Part shown: piece after piece, positions 1 through 10,084 of the stretch
How the letters are laid out: each line of letters starts with the position of its first letter
Numbering within the stretch: position 1 is the stretch's first letter
Origin: Clostridia bacterium
Lineage (GTDB): Bacteria > Bacillota > Clostridia > Christensenellales > UBA1242
Reading direction: 5' to 3'
DNA length: 64,000 nucleotides
Assembly (NCBI GenBank): GCA_017501645.1
Contig: JAFVWN010000037.1
Coordinates: forward strand, 2,400 to 66,399
Notes under the pieces: model-generated
What the model was told of the DNA's origin: nothing
Seen by the model: the letters and a program-made list of their open reading frames with translations, nothing else
Database searches by the model: none
Translations under genes and position numbers: made by a program

Positions 1-185
1 ACAACTTTTGTAAACTTCAAGCCAAACTCTTTGTGCTTTTTAAAAATAAACCAGCAAGCCACAAGCCAACCCGCCAAGCACACCATTAAAATAATATGGA
101 GAGGACACCAAAGTCCGGGTCCAACCCCTAAATCTCCAGTTTCAATCAACCAATCATAAAAACTAAACGCCATTAAATTTTGCAT
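1..185 (-). CDS. integral membrane protein, N-terminal part (gene runs off the window start)
   Basis: Reverse-strand ATG at 185-183 opens a frame reading MQNLMAFSFYDWLIETGDLGVGPGLWCPLHIILMVCLAGWLVACWFIFKKHKEF... to the window edge. It has a hydrophobic span. It is absent from the ORF track because it is truncated. Confidence 0.35.
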   Translation of the reverse strand, partial: MQNLMAFSFYDWLIETGDLGVGPGLWCPLHIILMVCLAGWLVACWFIFKKHKEFGLKFTKV

Positions 186-745
186 CATTCGTGCCCTGCC
201 CTTATCTTTTTTCCTTTCAAGTACGGCTTCAATTTTTTCAAACTTTCAACAAGCAAATCTTGATGTCCGTCAAGAAGGTCTGTTCTGCCGTATATACCCT
301 CTTCAAAATAAGTATCGCCAGTAAAAATCTGGTCACCTTTAATAATTACAACACTTCCAGAAGTGTGCCCGGGAGTAAACAAGATTTCAAACTTTTCACC
401 CTCGATTTCGTTTTCGCCTTCCACCAAGAAGCCGTCTGGAACAACTTTTTCAGTGTCAATATTATGAATAAACCCCATATTAAGTTCATTGTCAAAAAGT
501 TTTGGAGCGTCAACCTCACTTATATAAATCTTTGCCCCTAGACTTTTAAGTTTTGCAGATGAAAAAATATGGTCAAAATGCCCGTGAGTCAATAAAACCG
601 CAACAGGCTCAAGTTTTTTTTGATTTAATACCCCAAGAATTTTCTCTGTATCAAGCCCGGGGTCTATGATAAAAGCTTTATTTTCATTTGCCAAAATATA
701 GCAGTTTTGCGAAAGCCTACCATTTGTTATTTTAATAAGATTCAT
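185..745 (-). CDS. MBL-fold metallo-hydrolase (glyoxalase II-like)
   Basis: 186 aa ORF with the metallo-beta-lactamase motif LLTHGHFDH and a downstream TPGHTSGS. Confidence 0.85.
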   Translation of the reverse strand: MNLIKITNGRLSQNCYILANENKAFIIDPGLDTEKILGVLNQKKLEPVAVLLTHGHFDHIFSSAKLKSLGAKIYISEVDAPKLFDNELNMGFIHNIDTEKVVPDGFLVEGENEIEGEKFEILFTPGHTSGSVVIIKGDQIFTGDTYFEEGIYGRTDLLDGHQDLLVESLKKLKPYLKGKKIRAGHE

Positions 746-747
746 TT

Positions 748-2334
748 TTATTCCTCTAGGTATTTATCAATAATTTTAAGTGCAATTTTCATTCCGTCAA
801 CAGCCGAAGAAACAATACCTCCAGCCATTCCAGCCCCCTCACCTACAGCATAGGTGTTCTTTATGCTAGTTTCAAGATTTTCATTCCTTGAAATCATAAA
901 CGGAGCACTTGAACGAGTTTCAATACCAGTAAGCACCGCATCACTTTTGTCAAACCCTTTAAGTTTTCTGCCAAGAAGCACAATCCCTTGTTTTATGCTG
1001 TCACTTAACTCTTTTGGAAGCAGTTCGCTTACATTACCTAAAGTATAACACGGTTTTATCGTTGGGACAACTGTTTCAAGCTTAGTTGTTGCTTTTCCTT
1101 TCAAAAAATCCCCAACTTTACTACAAACAAAAACGCCATTACCCTTTTCAAAGGCTTGTCTTTCTAAATTTTCTTGAAAATCCATACCTGCAAGCGGATG
1201 ATTTGAGCCATAATCAGCCTCACTAACACTCACTAAAACAGCACTGTTTGCATTCTTTCCGTTTCTTGAGTGGTAACTCATACCATTTGTAACAATCTGT
1301 CCGTTATCACTTATTGCGGGAACTACAACTCCCCCCGGACACATACAGAATGTATAAACCGTTCTTCCGTTTTCAAGATGTGCAAAAAGTTTGTAGTCTG
1401 CAGGTGGCAAAAACTTGTTATCCCACATTTTACCATATTGAGCCTTGTTAATATCTTCCTGCAAATGTTCAATTCTATAGCCCACAGAAAAAGCCTTTTG
1501 CTTAAACTCTACACCCTGTTCAAACAGATTTCTTAGAGTGTCCCTTGCTGAATAACCAACCGCAAAAACAATATCGTCTGCAAACATTCTTACTTCTTTG
1601 CCTTGATAATCATAAATGGCAATAAAGTTTTTAGCAGTTTGTTCAAACCTCAAAAATGTCGCATTAAAAAGCACTTTTCCACCAAGACTTTTAATGCTTT
1701 CACGCATAGAAACAACGACATCTCTTAACTTATCTGTCCCAATATGTGGTTTAGCATCATACAAGATTTCTTCAGGTGCACCGTTTTGATAAAAAGTTTC
1801 AAGTACCTCACTTATAAGCGGACTTTTTATTCCTGTATTAAGTTTGCCATCACTGAAAGTGCCAGCTCCGCCCTCACCAAATTGTATGTTGCTTTTATTA
1901 TTAAATTCACCATTTGTTAAAAGCTTATCAACAGTTTTTACACGCTTTTCAACACATTCACCCCTTTCAAGCAAAACAACTTTCACATTTGCTTTTGCTA
2001 AAGTCAACGCACAGAAAAGACCAGCAGGCCCACTACCCACCACCAAAACAACTTTTTGTTTGTTTACCTTTTTAATAGGCATCTTTTCTTCGCTGTGAGG
2101 CAAGACTTTTTTGCCGTTTTGAACATATACTAAAGCCTCTTTTTTTACATCAAACGCAAAGTTGAATTTATAATGAATATTATCTTTTTTCCTCGCATCT
2201 ATAGAGCGTTTTAAAATCTTGAAAAATGTCAAAAAATCCTTGCGTATATTAAGTTCTTCGCAAAGAATTTCTTTCAGTTTTTCCAAGTTATTATAATGCT
2301 CTAAAGCAACTGCAACTTCACAAATTTTAAACAT
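748..2334 (-). CDS. FAD-dependent oxidoreductase (COG2509-like NAD(FAD)-utilizing dehydrogenase)
   Basis: 528 aa ORF with the dinucleotide-binding motif VVGSGPAGLFCAL followed by LLERG. Length and layout fit the uncharacterised FAD-dependent dehydrogenase family. Confidence 0.75.
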   Translation of the reverse strand: MFKICEVAVALEHYNNLEKLKEILCEELNIRKDFLTFFKILKRSIDARKKDNIHYKFNFAFDVKKEALVYVQNGKKVLPHSEEKMPIKKVNKQKVVLVVGSGPAGLFCALTLAKANVKVVLLERGECVEKRVKTVDKLLTNGEFNNKSNIQFGEGGAGTFSDGKLNTGIKSPLISEVLETFYQNGAPEEILYDAKPHIGTDKLRDVVVSMRESIKSLGGKVLFNATFLRFEQTAKNFIAIYDYQGKEVRMFADDIVFAVGYSARDTLRNLFEQGVEFKQKAFSVGYRIEHLQEDINKAQYGKMWDNKFLPPADYKLFAHLENGRTVYTFCMCPGGVVVPAISDNGQIVTNGMSYHSRNGKNANSAVLVSVSEADYGSNHPLAGMDFQENLERQAFEKGNGVFVCSKVGDFLKGKATTKLETVVPTIKPCYTLGNVSELLPKELSDSIKQGIVLLGRKLKGFDKSDAVLTGIETRSSAPFMISRNENLETSIKNTYAVGEGAGMAGGIVSSAVDGMKIALKIIDKYLEE

Positions 2335-2896
2335 TATTTATAGTCCTAATCTTATTTCTTTTTCTTGCATCAATCTTTTTAAGAATGAGTTTATACACAG
2401 TAAATGACATAACCGCCGTCAAAATCCCAAGAATCATTCCCGCCAAAATATCTGTTGGATAATGCACACACAAAAACACTCTTGAAATTGCTATCATAAA
2501 GGCTGTTGGAATAAGTACATACCCTGCCTTTTTATGAAAAATTGTCAATACAACCGCACAGTTAAACGCAGAATATGAATGCCCTGACGGAAATGAATTT
2601 CCAGACGGCAAATCCATTCCTATACTTTTAATAAACTCAGCAAATGCAGAGTATTCTTCAAAAGGTCTTGGTCTTCCAAAAATATTTTTTAAAACAAAAT
2701 CATTAAAAACAAAACCAACGGCAAGTGAAACAAACATCACAATTGCACTTGTTCTTGTCTTTTTGAAAAACAAAAGGCAAATGCCAATAAAAATCCATAA
2801 AACACCCCATTCTCCAAGAAAAGTGATGAACTTCATTAGACTATTTACAAAACCGCTTGAATGCAGGTTATTATGAACCCAAACAAGACCTTCCAT
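2327..2896 (-). CDS. PAP2-family phosphatase (membrane)
   Basis: 189 aa, multi-TM. PAP2 motifs KNIFGRPRP, PSGHS and SRVFLCVHYPTD are present. Confidence 0.8.
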   Translation of the reverse strand: MEGLVWVHNNLHSSGFVNSLMKFITFLGEWGVLWIFIGICLLFFKKTRTSAIVMFVSLAVGFVFNDFVLKNIFGRPRPFEEYSAFAEFIKSIGMDLPSGNSFPSGHSYSAFNCAVVLTIFHKKAGYVLIPTAFMIAISRVFLCVHYPTDILAGMILGILTAVMSFTVYKLILKKIDARKRNKIRTINNV

Positions 2897-2939
2897 TTGC
2901 CCTCCTTATAACAAAAGCAGACATATAGTCTGCTTTTTT

Positions 2940-3983
2940 CTACCATCTATTTACAACTCTTTCTGCAAATCCTGGTATATTATCAATTTCTAAAGAACTT
3001 CCGTCATCAAGAATAAGTTTTCCGCTGTACTTACCAAACACTTGATGTGGCAAGAATGCTAGCACAAGTGCATTAAACGGAGCATATCTATCAAGTATTG
3101 GTTCAAACATAAGCTCCACTTTTCCGTCATCACTATAGAAAGTCCAAGTACCCATATAATCACGCTTACGCTTTTCTCTGCGGATATTGATTTTTACTTC
3201 CCCTACTTTATGAGCTTTGCCGTTAACAAAAATCATATTCTCTGTTGCGTCAGTATTGTCCCCAAAGGCTTTACCTAAGTTAAAGCCAATATAGTTTCCT
3301 TCGTGAGTTTTAGCCTGCATACTTGCCCAGTACCAAAGTGAAGAGTATGGAAGAACTCCTCTTCCCCAGTCGAGAGTTGCAAGAGAATACCTTTCATCAA
3401 ACACATAAGTTTTACCTTTATAAGTAAACTTACCTGAAGCAGTCATACAATTGATTTTTTGGTTATAGTAAAATTGATGCTTTTTAGCAAACGGAGTAAC
3501 CTTAACCATACTTTCTTCAGGCTCGTTTGAAAGTTCAATTTCAAACTCTAAATCCCTATTAAGACCGTTTTCTGGATAATAGTTTTTATAAATACCAGTT
3601 AAATATCTTTTGCCGTCTTTTGTTTCAAACCTAAAATCAGCATCTTTTGTTTTCGCCATAGAAACACCGGCTGTTGAAGTCTCTGCAAGAATTGGCTTAT
3701 TCTTAGGAAAAAGAGCAACCGAAGTTTTGTTGAATTGACCTCTTGTATAAAACTCAATAACGCTTACTGAAATAGCAGTTGCGTAACTTAAGTTAGAAAT
3801 AGTCAAGCACAAACCAAATCTATCATCTGCGATATAATAATAATCCCACTCTTTAATGCGATTTCTTTTTTTGATAACTTCTTTGTTGTACTCAACAAGA
3901 GGAGTTGTTGCATAGCCAACAACATTTAAAGTTCCGTCATCTTTCAAAAGTTTAGTTTTTTCAACAATGATTTTTTCTTCCAT
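2940..3983 (-). CDS. DUF2804-family protein
   Basis: N-terminal pattern IKEWDYYYI...FGLCLTISNLSY resembles DUF2804 proteins as I remember them. Start moved to MEEKIIV (3983), which follows a GGAGG RBS. Confidence 0.55.
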   Translation of the reverse strand: MEEKIIVEKTKLLKDDGTLNVVGYATTPLVEYNKEVIKKRNRIKEWDYYYIADDRFGLCLTISNLSYATAISVSVIEFYTRGQFNKTSVALFPKNKPILAETSTAGVSMAKTKDADFRFETKDGKRYLTGIYKNYYPENGLNRDLEFEIELSNEPEESMVKVTPFAKKHQFYYNQKINCMTASGKFTYKGKTYVFDERYSLATLDWGRGVLPYSSLWYWASMQAKTHEGNYIGFNLGKAFGDNTDATENMIFVNGKAHKVGEVKINIRREKRKRDYMGTWTFYSDDGKVELMFEPILDRYAPFNALVLAFLPHQVFGKYSGKLILDDGSSLEIDNIPGFAERVVNRW

Positions 3984-4115
3984 AGATAAGCCTCCAAGCC
4001 AAATGGCACACACTTATATAACTATAATAACATAAAAAAACAAAGTATGTAAAACAAAATAAGCCCATTTTTTAAAATAACCAACAAAAAACCACTCGTA
4101 ATGAGTGGCTTTTTG

Positions 4116-5030
4116 TTATGAACGAACTTTTTTAACTCTTGTTCCGTCTGGGAATATGTATGTGTTGGTTACAACTCCTTCCTCTTGCTCTACTAAAACA
4201 ATAATGTCATAGAATGTACCATCACCAACAGTTCCACTGATTTCAAGAACATCTTTACCAAAACGCTTAACTTGTTCTACTTCAAAAGCATAGATATTAT
4301 CGCCATACTCTAAAAAGTATTCAACTTCTATTTCGTTTCTTTCAACTTCCATTCCAAATGAGAAATTTTTGATTAGTGTTGAACCTTGGTAAATAACATA
4401 GCTGAACTCTTGCTCATCATCTTCACTTTCCTGAGCGTACTCAACTTTATAATCCCCCACCATAAAGCTTAAAAGAATTTCCATCTCATCTTCTTCAACG
4501 ATTTTTTCTCCATTTACAGTGATTTCTTCAAAGTTGCTATCGCCTTGCTTTTTGATAACTCCAGTAATAGTTGTTGAATACTCATAGTCATCTGGGTCAA
4601 AAATATGGTCTGGTTCAGCACCTAATGAGTTCTCCTCAAAATAGAATAAGAAAGTTGATTCTTCACCAGTGATATCACTATATTCTATCACCATCTTAGA
4701 AGCATAATTTCCGTTATCACTTTCTACCATTTTTGAAGAAACAGGTTTCTTTCCTCCAATAATTCCCTCAAAAACTTTAATGTGACCATCAACTGCGTCA
4801 ACTATCTTTTCGTAAGTTAAATCAGTATTCACATTAAATGAGCTTACTGGTTCATTTTGATATTCACTAAGAAGCACTGCTGAAGTCATTGAGGCAAAGC
4901 CATACATATCTTTAACCCTTTTCAACATTGCATCTGCATTATCTTTTTTACAACCAGCAAGCAAGCCACCTGTTACCATTAAGCACAAAGCAACAAAACA
5001 AGTAGCAAAAAGTTTAAATAGTTTTTTCAT
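4116..5030 (-). CDS. lipoprotein, acidic, unknown function
   Basis: Signal peptide with lipobox LLAGC. A hairpin + T-run terminator at about 4091-4113 lies just downstream on the minus strand. Confidence 0.6.
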   Translation of the reverse strand: MKKLFKLFATCFVALCLMVTGGLLAGCKKDNADAMLKRVKDMYGFASMTSAVLLSEYQNEPVSSFNVNTDLTYEKIVDAVDGHIKVFEGIIGGKKPVSSKMVESDNGNYASKMVIEYSDITGEESTFLFYFEENSLGAEPDHIFDPDDYEYSTTITGVIKKQGDSNFEEITVNGEKIVEEDEMEILLSFMVGDYKVEYAQESEDDEQEFSYVIYQGSTLIKNFSFGMEVERNEIEVEYFLEYGDNIYAFEVEQVKRFGKDVLEISGTVGDGTFYDIIVLVEQEEGVVTNTYIFPDGTRVKKVRS

Positions 5031-5177
5031 AAAAACACCCTCCTTTTGTTTGTTGGTAGTACTATTTTATCAATTTTTTTATCAAACTCAAAATATTTTT
5101 AAGCACTTTTTTTATTTTTTTTCGTATAAATAGCACAAAATACAGCCCAAAACATACTATAAAAAGAGGTGAAATTT

Positions 5178-6122
5178 ATGAAAATAGCAATAGTTGGAGC
5201 AAGTGGTCTTGTTGGCAGAAAAATGGTTGAAACACTTAATAAGAGTAGTCACGAACTGGTTTTATACTGCTCAAACAAGTCTGCAGGGCAAACACTTAAC
5301 GGATTAAAACTTATTGAACTTAATGACAAAACACTGCAAAAAGTAGACATTGCTCTTTTTTCTGCGGGAAGCACAGTAAGTAAACTTTGGGCTAAAAAGT
5401 TCTCAAAACTTGGAGCTTTTGTTATTGACAATTCCAACGCCTTTAGAAGAGAAACTTCTGTCCCTCTTGTTGTCCCCGAAATCAACCCACACACAATTAA
5501 CAATAACACTAAAATAATAGCAAACCCAAACTGTTCAACAATTCAAATCGCTCTGCCGTTATTTTACCTAAACAAGCAGGCAAAAATCAAAAAAGTAATA
5601 ATAAGCACCTACCAAGCGTCAAGCGGTGCGGGCAAAAAGGGGTTACTTGACTTAGAAAACGGAACGGCCGTAAAATTTCCTCACCCTCTCACAGACAATC
5701 TTATACCACAAATAGACATTGCTCTTGAAAATGGTTACACTCTCGAAGAAGACAAAATGCGTTTTGAACTTAAAAAAATATTAGAATGTAATATTTCAGT
5801 TGTTGCAACAGCTATTAGAGTCCCTGTCAAAAACTGCCACGGAGCAAGTGTTTATGTCGAGTTTGAAAAACCTCTTTCTAAAGAGAAAGCAAAAGCTATA
5901 CTTCTAAAAGCAAACGGGATAACCCTTCAAGACAATCTTGAAAAAGCCATATATCCTATGCCAATTTCAGCAAATAACACAGACCAAGTATATATTGGAA
6001 GACTACGACAAGATTTAGACAACGAAAAAGCTCTTTCATTTTGGGTGGTGGCGGACAACTTACGCAAAGGAGCATCAACAAACGCCATTCAAATTATGGA
6101 AATTGTCAAAAACTTTATTTAG
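5178..6122 (+). CDS. asd: aspartate-semialdehyde dehydrogenase
   Basis: N-terminal Rossmann motif IAIVGASGLVG and active-site motif IANPNCSTIQ. Start chosen at ATG 5178 after the AGAGGTG RBS. Confidence 0.85.
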   Translation: MKIAIVGASGLVGRKMVETLNKSSHELVLYCSNKSAGQTLNGLKLIELNDKTLQKVDIALFSAGSTVSKLWAKKFSKLGAFVIDNSNAFRRETSVPLVVPEINPHTINNNTKIIANPNCSTIQIALPLFYLNKQAKIKKVIISTYQASSGAGKKGLLDLENGTAVKFPHPLTDNLIPQIDIALENGYTLEEDKMRFELKKILECNISVVATAIRVPVKNCHGASVYVEFEKPLSKEKAKAILLKANGITLQDNLEKAIYPMPISANNTDQVYIGRLRQDLDNEKALSFWVVADNLRKGASTNAIQIMEIVKNFI

Positions 6123-6155
6123 TAAAAAAAGCCCTACATAGTGTAGGACTTATTT

Positions 6156-8783
6156 TTATTTATCTTTAAAAATTTTAGCCATTAGTGGCTTTAGAAGTTC
6201 AATAATAATGAAAGCCAAAATATTCACTGCAAAAATCACCGCAAATTGAACAGCTGTTATAGGAACAAGCCCAAACACTGAGCCAATTGGCGTAAAGAAC
6301 ACAACCGCTTGAACAATTATCAATGCAATAGTGATAATATTCATTGTCATATTTGAGAACAAGCCTTTCTTGAAGCTAAAGCCTTTAAGTTCTTTACAGT
6401 TATATGCAAACACAAACTCATTGAACACACAACAAAGAAGTGTAAGGGTTTGAGCAACCTCGTAACCAAACATATCTTTTGAAATAAAGAACACTGCAAG
6501 CGACATAGCAACTTCTACAACCGCAGACATAATAATTGAGCTTATCATAAACGGAGTGAATATCTTTTTATCAAGACCGTTTGGCTGTCTTCTCATACTG
6601 TCTTTGCTATCTTTTTCAAACGCAAGAGCAATTGACGGAAGCGTATCCGCAACAATATCAATATAAAGAATATGAAGCGGAGAAATAATATTAAACCCAA
6701 CAATCATACCAAACAAAATCAAAAAGATTTCCGCAAAGTTACTTGAAAGATTATAAAGTATAGTTCTAAGCACATTATTATAAATTCTTCTGCCTTCCTC
6801 AACCGCTGTTACAATAGTTGCAAAACTGTCATCCATTAAAATAATGTCAGCAACATTTTTTGTAACATCACTTCCTGCCTTACCCATACCAATACCAACA
6901 TGAGCAAGCTTAAGAGCAGGAGCATCATTAACACCATCACCAGTCATTGCTACAACTTTTCCTAAAGCTTGGAACGCTCTTACAATTCTAACTTTATGGT
7001 CTGGGGTAACCCTTGCAAAGACCGTATAATTTTTAACAAAACTCCTAAGTTCATCATCAGTAAGTCCATCAATAGCTTTACCCTCAACACCTTGAGCTTG
7101 AGTTTTAGCAATTCCAACCTCAACCGCCACCGCCATTGCAGTAGTGAGGCTATCACCAGTAATCATAATTGGCAACATATGTGCCTCTTTACATTTTTTA
7201 ACAGCTTCTTTAACACCATCTTTTGGTGGGTCAACAAGCCCTGTAATTCCAACTAGAATAAGGTCTTTCTCTTCTTGCAAAGTAACTTCTTTAAGGGCTG
7301 TCACATCCCTGTATGCAAAGGCTAAAACCTTATATGCTTTTTTACTCATAGCCTTTTCTTTTGCTAAAAACTTAGAAGCTATGTGTTTTGTAATTTTTAC
7401 AACCTTTCCGTTTTTGTAGTATCCCACGCATCTAGCAAGAATATCACCCAAACTTCCTTTAGTGAGCATTAATTTTTTGTCGCCAAATTCGTTGACTGTA
7501 CTCATCATTTTCCTTGTAGAGTCAAAAGGAAGCTCGCCCACTCTCTTATGCTCATTTCTATAGCCTTCAAGAGTTTTGCCAAGATTCACTAGATATTTAC
7601 TAAGCGCAATCTCAACAGGATCTCCTAAAAATTCGCCGTTGTTGTTCTTGTCTGGCTGAGTATCATTACAAAGAGCAAGTATATTATCTAACATTTGCAA
7701 CTCTTGATTATCTTGCTTTACATTAAGATAAGTCTTATCGTTCGCAAACACTTCAATCAATGTCATTTGGTTTGTCGTAATAGTACCTGTTTTATCACTG
7801 CAAATCACTTGAGTTGCACCAAGTGTTTCAATCGCTGCCATTTGCTTAACAACAGTTTTCTTTTTTGCCATTTGGCTAACACCAATAGTTAAGGTGGCGG
7901 TTATTGACACTGGCAACACTTCAGGCACTGCCGCAAGCACCATAGAAATACAAAGCATTATCACCGCAATCACACTTTGCTTAGTGATTAATCCATAGCA
8001 AAGAGTCAACGCAATTAATATGCAGGCAATAACAGTAATAAACCCACTGACTTTTTTAACTTTAACTTGAAGCGGTGTAAGTTCTTCTTTTGCAGAGTCT
8101 AAGTTTCCTGCGATTCTTCCAAGCTCAGTATCCATACCCGTCTTGATTACAACAGCCTCAATTCTTCCATTAACAAGACTTGTCCCAGAAAACACAATAT
8201 TTGTCTGTTCTTGAATAAGCTTATCACCTTTAATAACGCATTCTTGCTTATCAACAGAGATGCTTTCACCTGTCAAGATAGATTCATCTACTTTTGCATT
8301 GACGGCAACTAAAATTCTTGCATCTGCAGGGATTTTGTCACCAGATTCAAGAGCAATAATATCCCCCACCACAAGCTCTGCTGTGTCTATTTCAATCCAA
8401 GCACCGTCTCTTTTAACTTGAGCTTTAGACTGAGTAAAAGTCTTAAGTGCTTCAATGGCGTTTTCCGCTTTCATTTCTTGGAAGAAGCCCATAAGAGTAT
8501 TTACAAGCACACACGCAAACACCACTATTGACTCAACCAAACTTTCTTTTGTTATAATTGAGTAAACAAGAGAAACAATGCCTACTAAAATAAGAAGCAA
8601 TGTCATCATATTATTAAACTGACTTAAAAAGATTTTGAAGGCACTTTTTTTGTTTTTCTCTTTCAAAACATTTTTGCCACTTCTTTCAAGCCTTTCCTTT
8701 GCCTCAGTAGAAGATAACCCCTCACTTGAAGAAGCAACACTTTCAAAAACTTCATCTATAGATTCTTGATAAAACTTTTTCAT
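6156..8783 (-). CDS. cation-transporting P-type ATPase (Ca2+/P2-type-like)
   Basis: 875 aa with the phosphorylation motif CSDKTGTITTN, the TGES motif, the hinge MTGDGVNDAPAL and about 10 TM segments. Confidence 0.9.
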   Translation of the reverse strand: MKKFYQESIDEVFESVASSSEGLSSTEAKERLERSGKNVLKEKNKKSAFKIFLSQFNNMMTLLLILVGIVSLVYSIITKESLVESIVVFACVLVNTLMGFFQEMKAENAIEALKTFTQSKAQVKRDGAWIEIDTAELVVGDIIALESGDKIPADARILVAVNAKVDESILTGESISVDKQECVIKGDKLIQEQTNIVFSGTSLVNGRIEAVVIKTGMDTELGRIAGNLDSAKEELTPLQVKVKKVSGFITVIACILIALTLCYGLITKQSVIAVIMLCISMVLAAVPEVLPVSITATLTIGVSQMAKKKTVVKQMAAIETLGATQVICSDKTGTITTNQMTLIEVFANDKTYLNVKQDNQELQMLDNILALCNDTQPDKNNNGEFLGDPVEIALSKYLVNLGKTLEGYRNEHKRVGELPFDSTRKMMSTVNEFGDKKLMLTKGSLGDILARCVGYYKNGKVVKITKHIASKFLAKEKAMSKKAYKVLAFAYRDVTALKEVTLQEEKDLILVGITGLVDPPKDGVKEAVKKCKEAHMLPIMITGDSLTTAMAVAVEVGIAKTQAQGVEGKAIDGLTDDELRSFVKNYTVFARVTPDHKVRIVRAFQALGKVVAMTGDGVNDAPALKLAHVGIGMGKAGSDVTKNVADIILMDDSFATIVTAVEEGRRIYNNVLRTILYNLSSNFAEIFLILFGMIVGFNIISPLHILYIDIVADTLPSIALAFEKDSKDSMRRQPNGLDKKIFTPFMISSIIMSAVVEVAMSLAVFFISKDMFGYEVAQTLTLLCCVFNEFVFAYNCKELKGFSFKKGLFSNMTMNIITIALIIVQAVVFFTPIGSVFGLVPITAVQFAVIFAVNILAFIIIELLKPLMAKIFKDK

Positions 8784-8913
8784 AGCACCACCTCTTTGAA
8801 TATGGTAACATTTTTACATAAATTTTGTCAAAAGATTAGAAATAGTTTACATATTTTTATTTATTGTTTGTAATAATTATTGTTATAATACTATAATAAA
8901 TTAGAGGTGCATT

Positions 8914-9579
8914 ATGAAAAAAGAATTTTCTTCCCTCTCAAAAGGGAAAATGATAAACATTATTATTAATAACATAATTATTGCTGTTTTTTCTCTTACA
9001 TTAATAGGGTTTATAATTGCCATATTAACCTTGGGCGACCCAACAAACAGGCTTGTTGCGTGCATTGCCACCTTGTGTTGTTATGTATTGCCAATCTTAA
9101 TTGAGCTGATATTTAAAATAAGATTTTGCCCAACACTTGTATCAATATACTTAGCCTTTATAACACTTTCGGCTTTTTGCGGAAGCTGTTTATATCTTAA
9201 CTATATAGTAACATTTATGGATAAAATTCAACATTTTTCTTGGGGCTACATTTCTTGCTTTATAGGAATATATTATCTTTGTAAAACAAAAGAAATTGAC
9301 AATATAAAAACCTCAACAATTGTGCTTTTATTTTTAGGTGTCTCTCTTGCAACGGCTGGTATTTGGGAAGTAATAGAGTTTGCAAGCGACAACCTTTTAA
9401 ACCAAACAATGCAAGGCATTCCAACAAATGGAGTAACCCCTGTTAATGATGCAATGTTTGACATTATTTTTCATAGCTTAGGGACTTTAATTTTCACTCT
9501 TCACTTTTTACTTGACCGCCTCACCCATAAAAACCTTGGCATAACCTCAATAATCACTGACTTTAAAACAGATTATTAA
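8914..9579 (+). CDS. integral membrane protein, unknown function
   Basis: 221 aa ORF with about 6 hydrophobic spans. An RBS AGAGGTG lies upstream. Confidence 0.5.
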   Translation: MKKEFSSLSKGKMINIIINNIIIAVFSLTLIGFIIAILTLGDPTNRLVACIATLCCYVLPILIELIFKIRFCPTLVSIYLAFITLSAFCGSCLYLNYIVTFMDKIQHFSWGYISCFIGIYYLCKTKEIDNIKTSTIVLLFLGVSLATAGIWEVIEFASDNLLNQTMQGIPTNGVTPVNDAMFDIIFHSLGTLIFTLHFLLDRLTHKNLGITSIITDFKTDY

Positions 9580-9639
9580 CAAATAAAACAAAAATTGTCA
9601 ACATAAAAAATTTTGCAAACAAAAAAAGTAGACCGGCGT

Positions 9640-9981
9640 CTACTTTTTATTTTCGTGATTTAAATTTGCCCCACACCCTGAGCAAGTTTTAGAACTTTTA
9701 TCATTATTTAGTCCGCAGTACTCACACTTAGTAAACTGTGAATCTTCCCCATCAATCACTTCTTGAATAGAATCAAAAACCGACTGCTGAGCTTTGCCAA
9801 TCTGCTTAGAACTTTTAACCGCTCTCACAATTACCGTTACAACCACAGCAAAAATCACAATTCCCACAATTGCAGAAATTATTGTTATTATAATTGACAT
9901 AGAACTAAACATATCAAAAGTTCTATCAAAACTGTCAAAATTACCAAGCAGGTTAACTAAGTTATTCATAACAGACCTCAT
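9640..9981 (-). CDS. small membrane-anchored zinc-ribbon protein
   Basis: One TM segment (IIITIISAIVGIVIFAVVVTVIV) plus a C-terminal CxxC...CxxC (CEYCG...CSGCG). A hairpin terminator lies downstream. Confidence 0.5.
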   Translation of the reverse strand: MRSVMNNLVNLLGNFDSFDRTFDMFSSMSIIITIISAIVGIVIFAVVVTVIVRAVKSSKQIGKAQQSVFDSIQEVIDGEDSQFTKCEYCGLNNDKSSKTCSGCGANLNHENKK

Positions 9982-10084
9982 TTATTAGTTTTCTTTTGTG
10001 TAAAAATTTTTTTTTGAACTATTTATATTAAAATGATTAATTTTTTATTTTTTTTGCGTATTTTTTTGCTTAATTTTGCGGTTT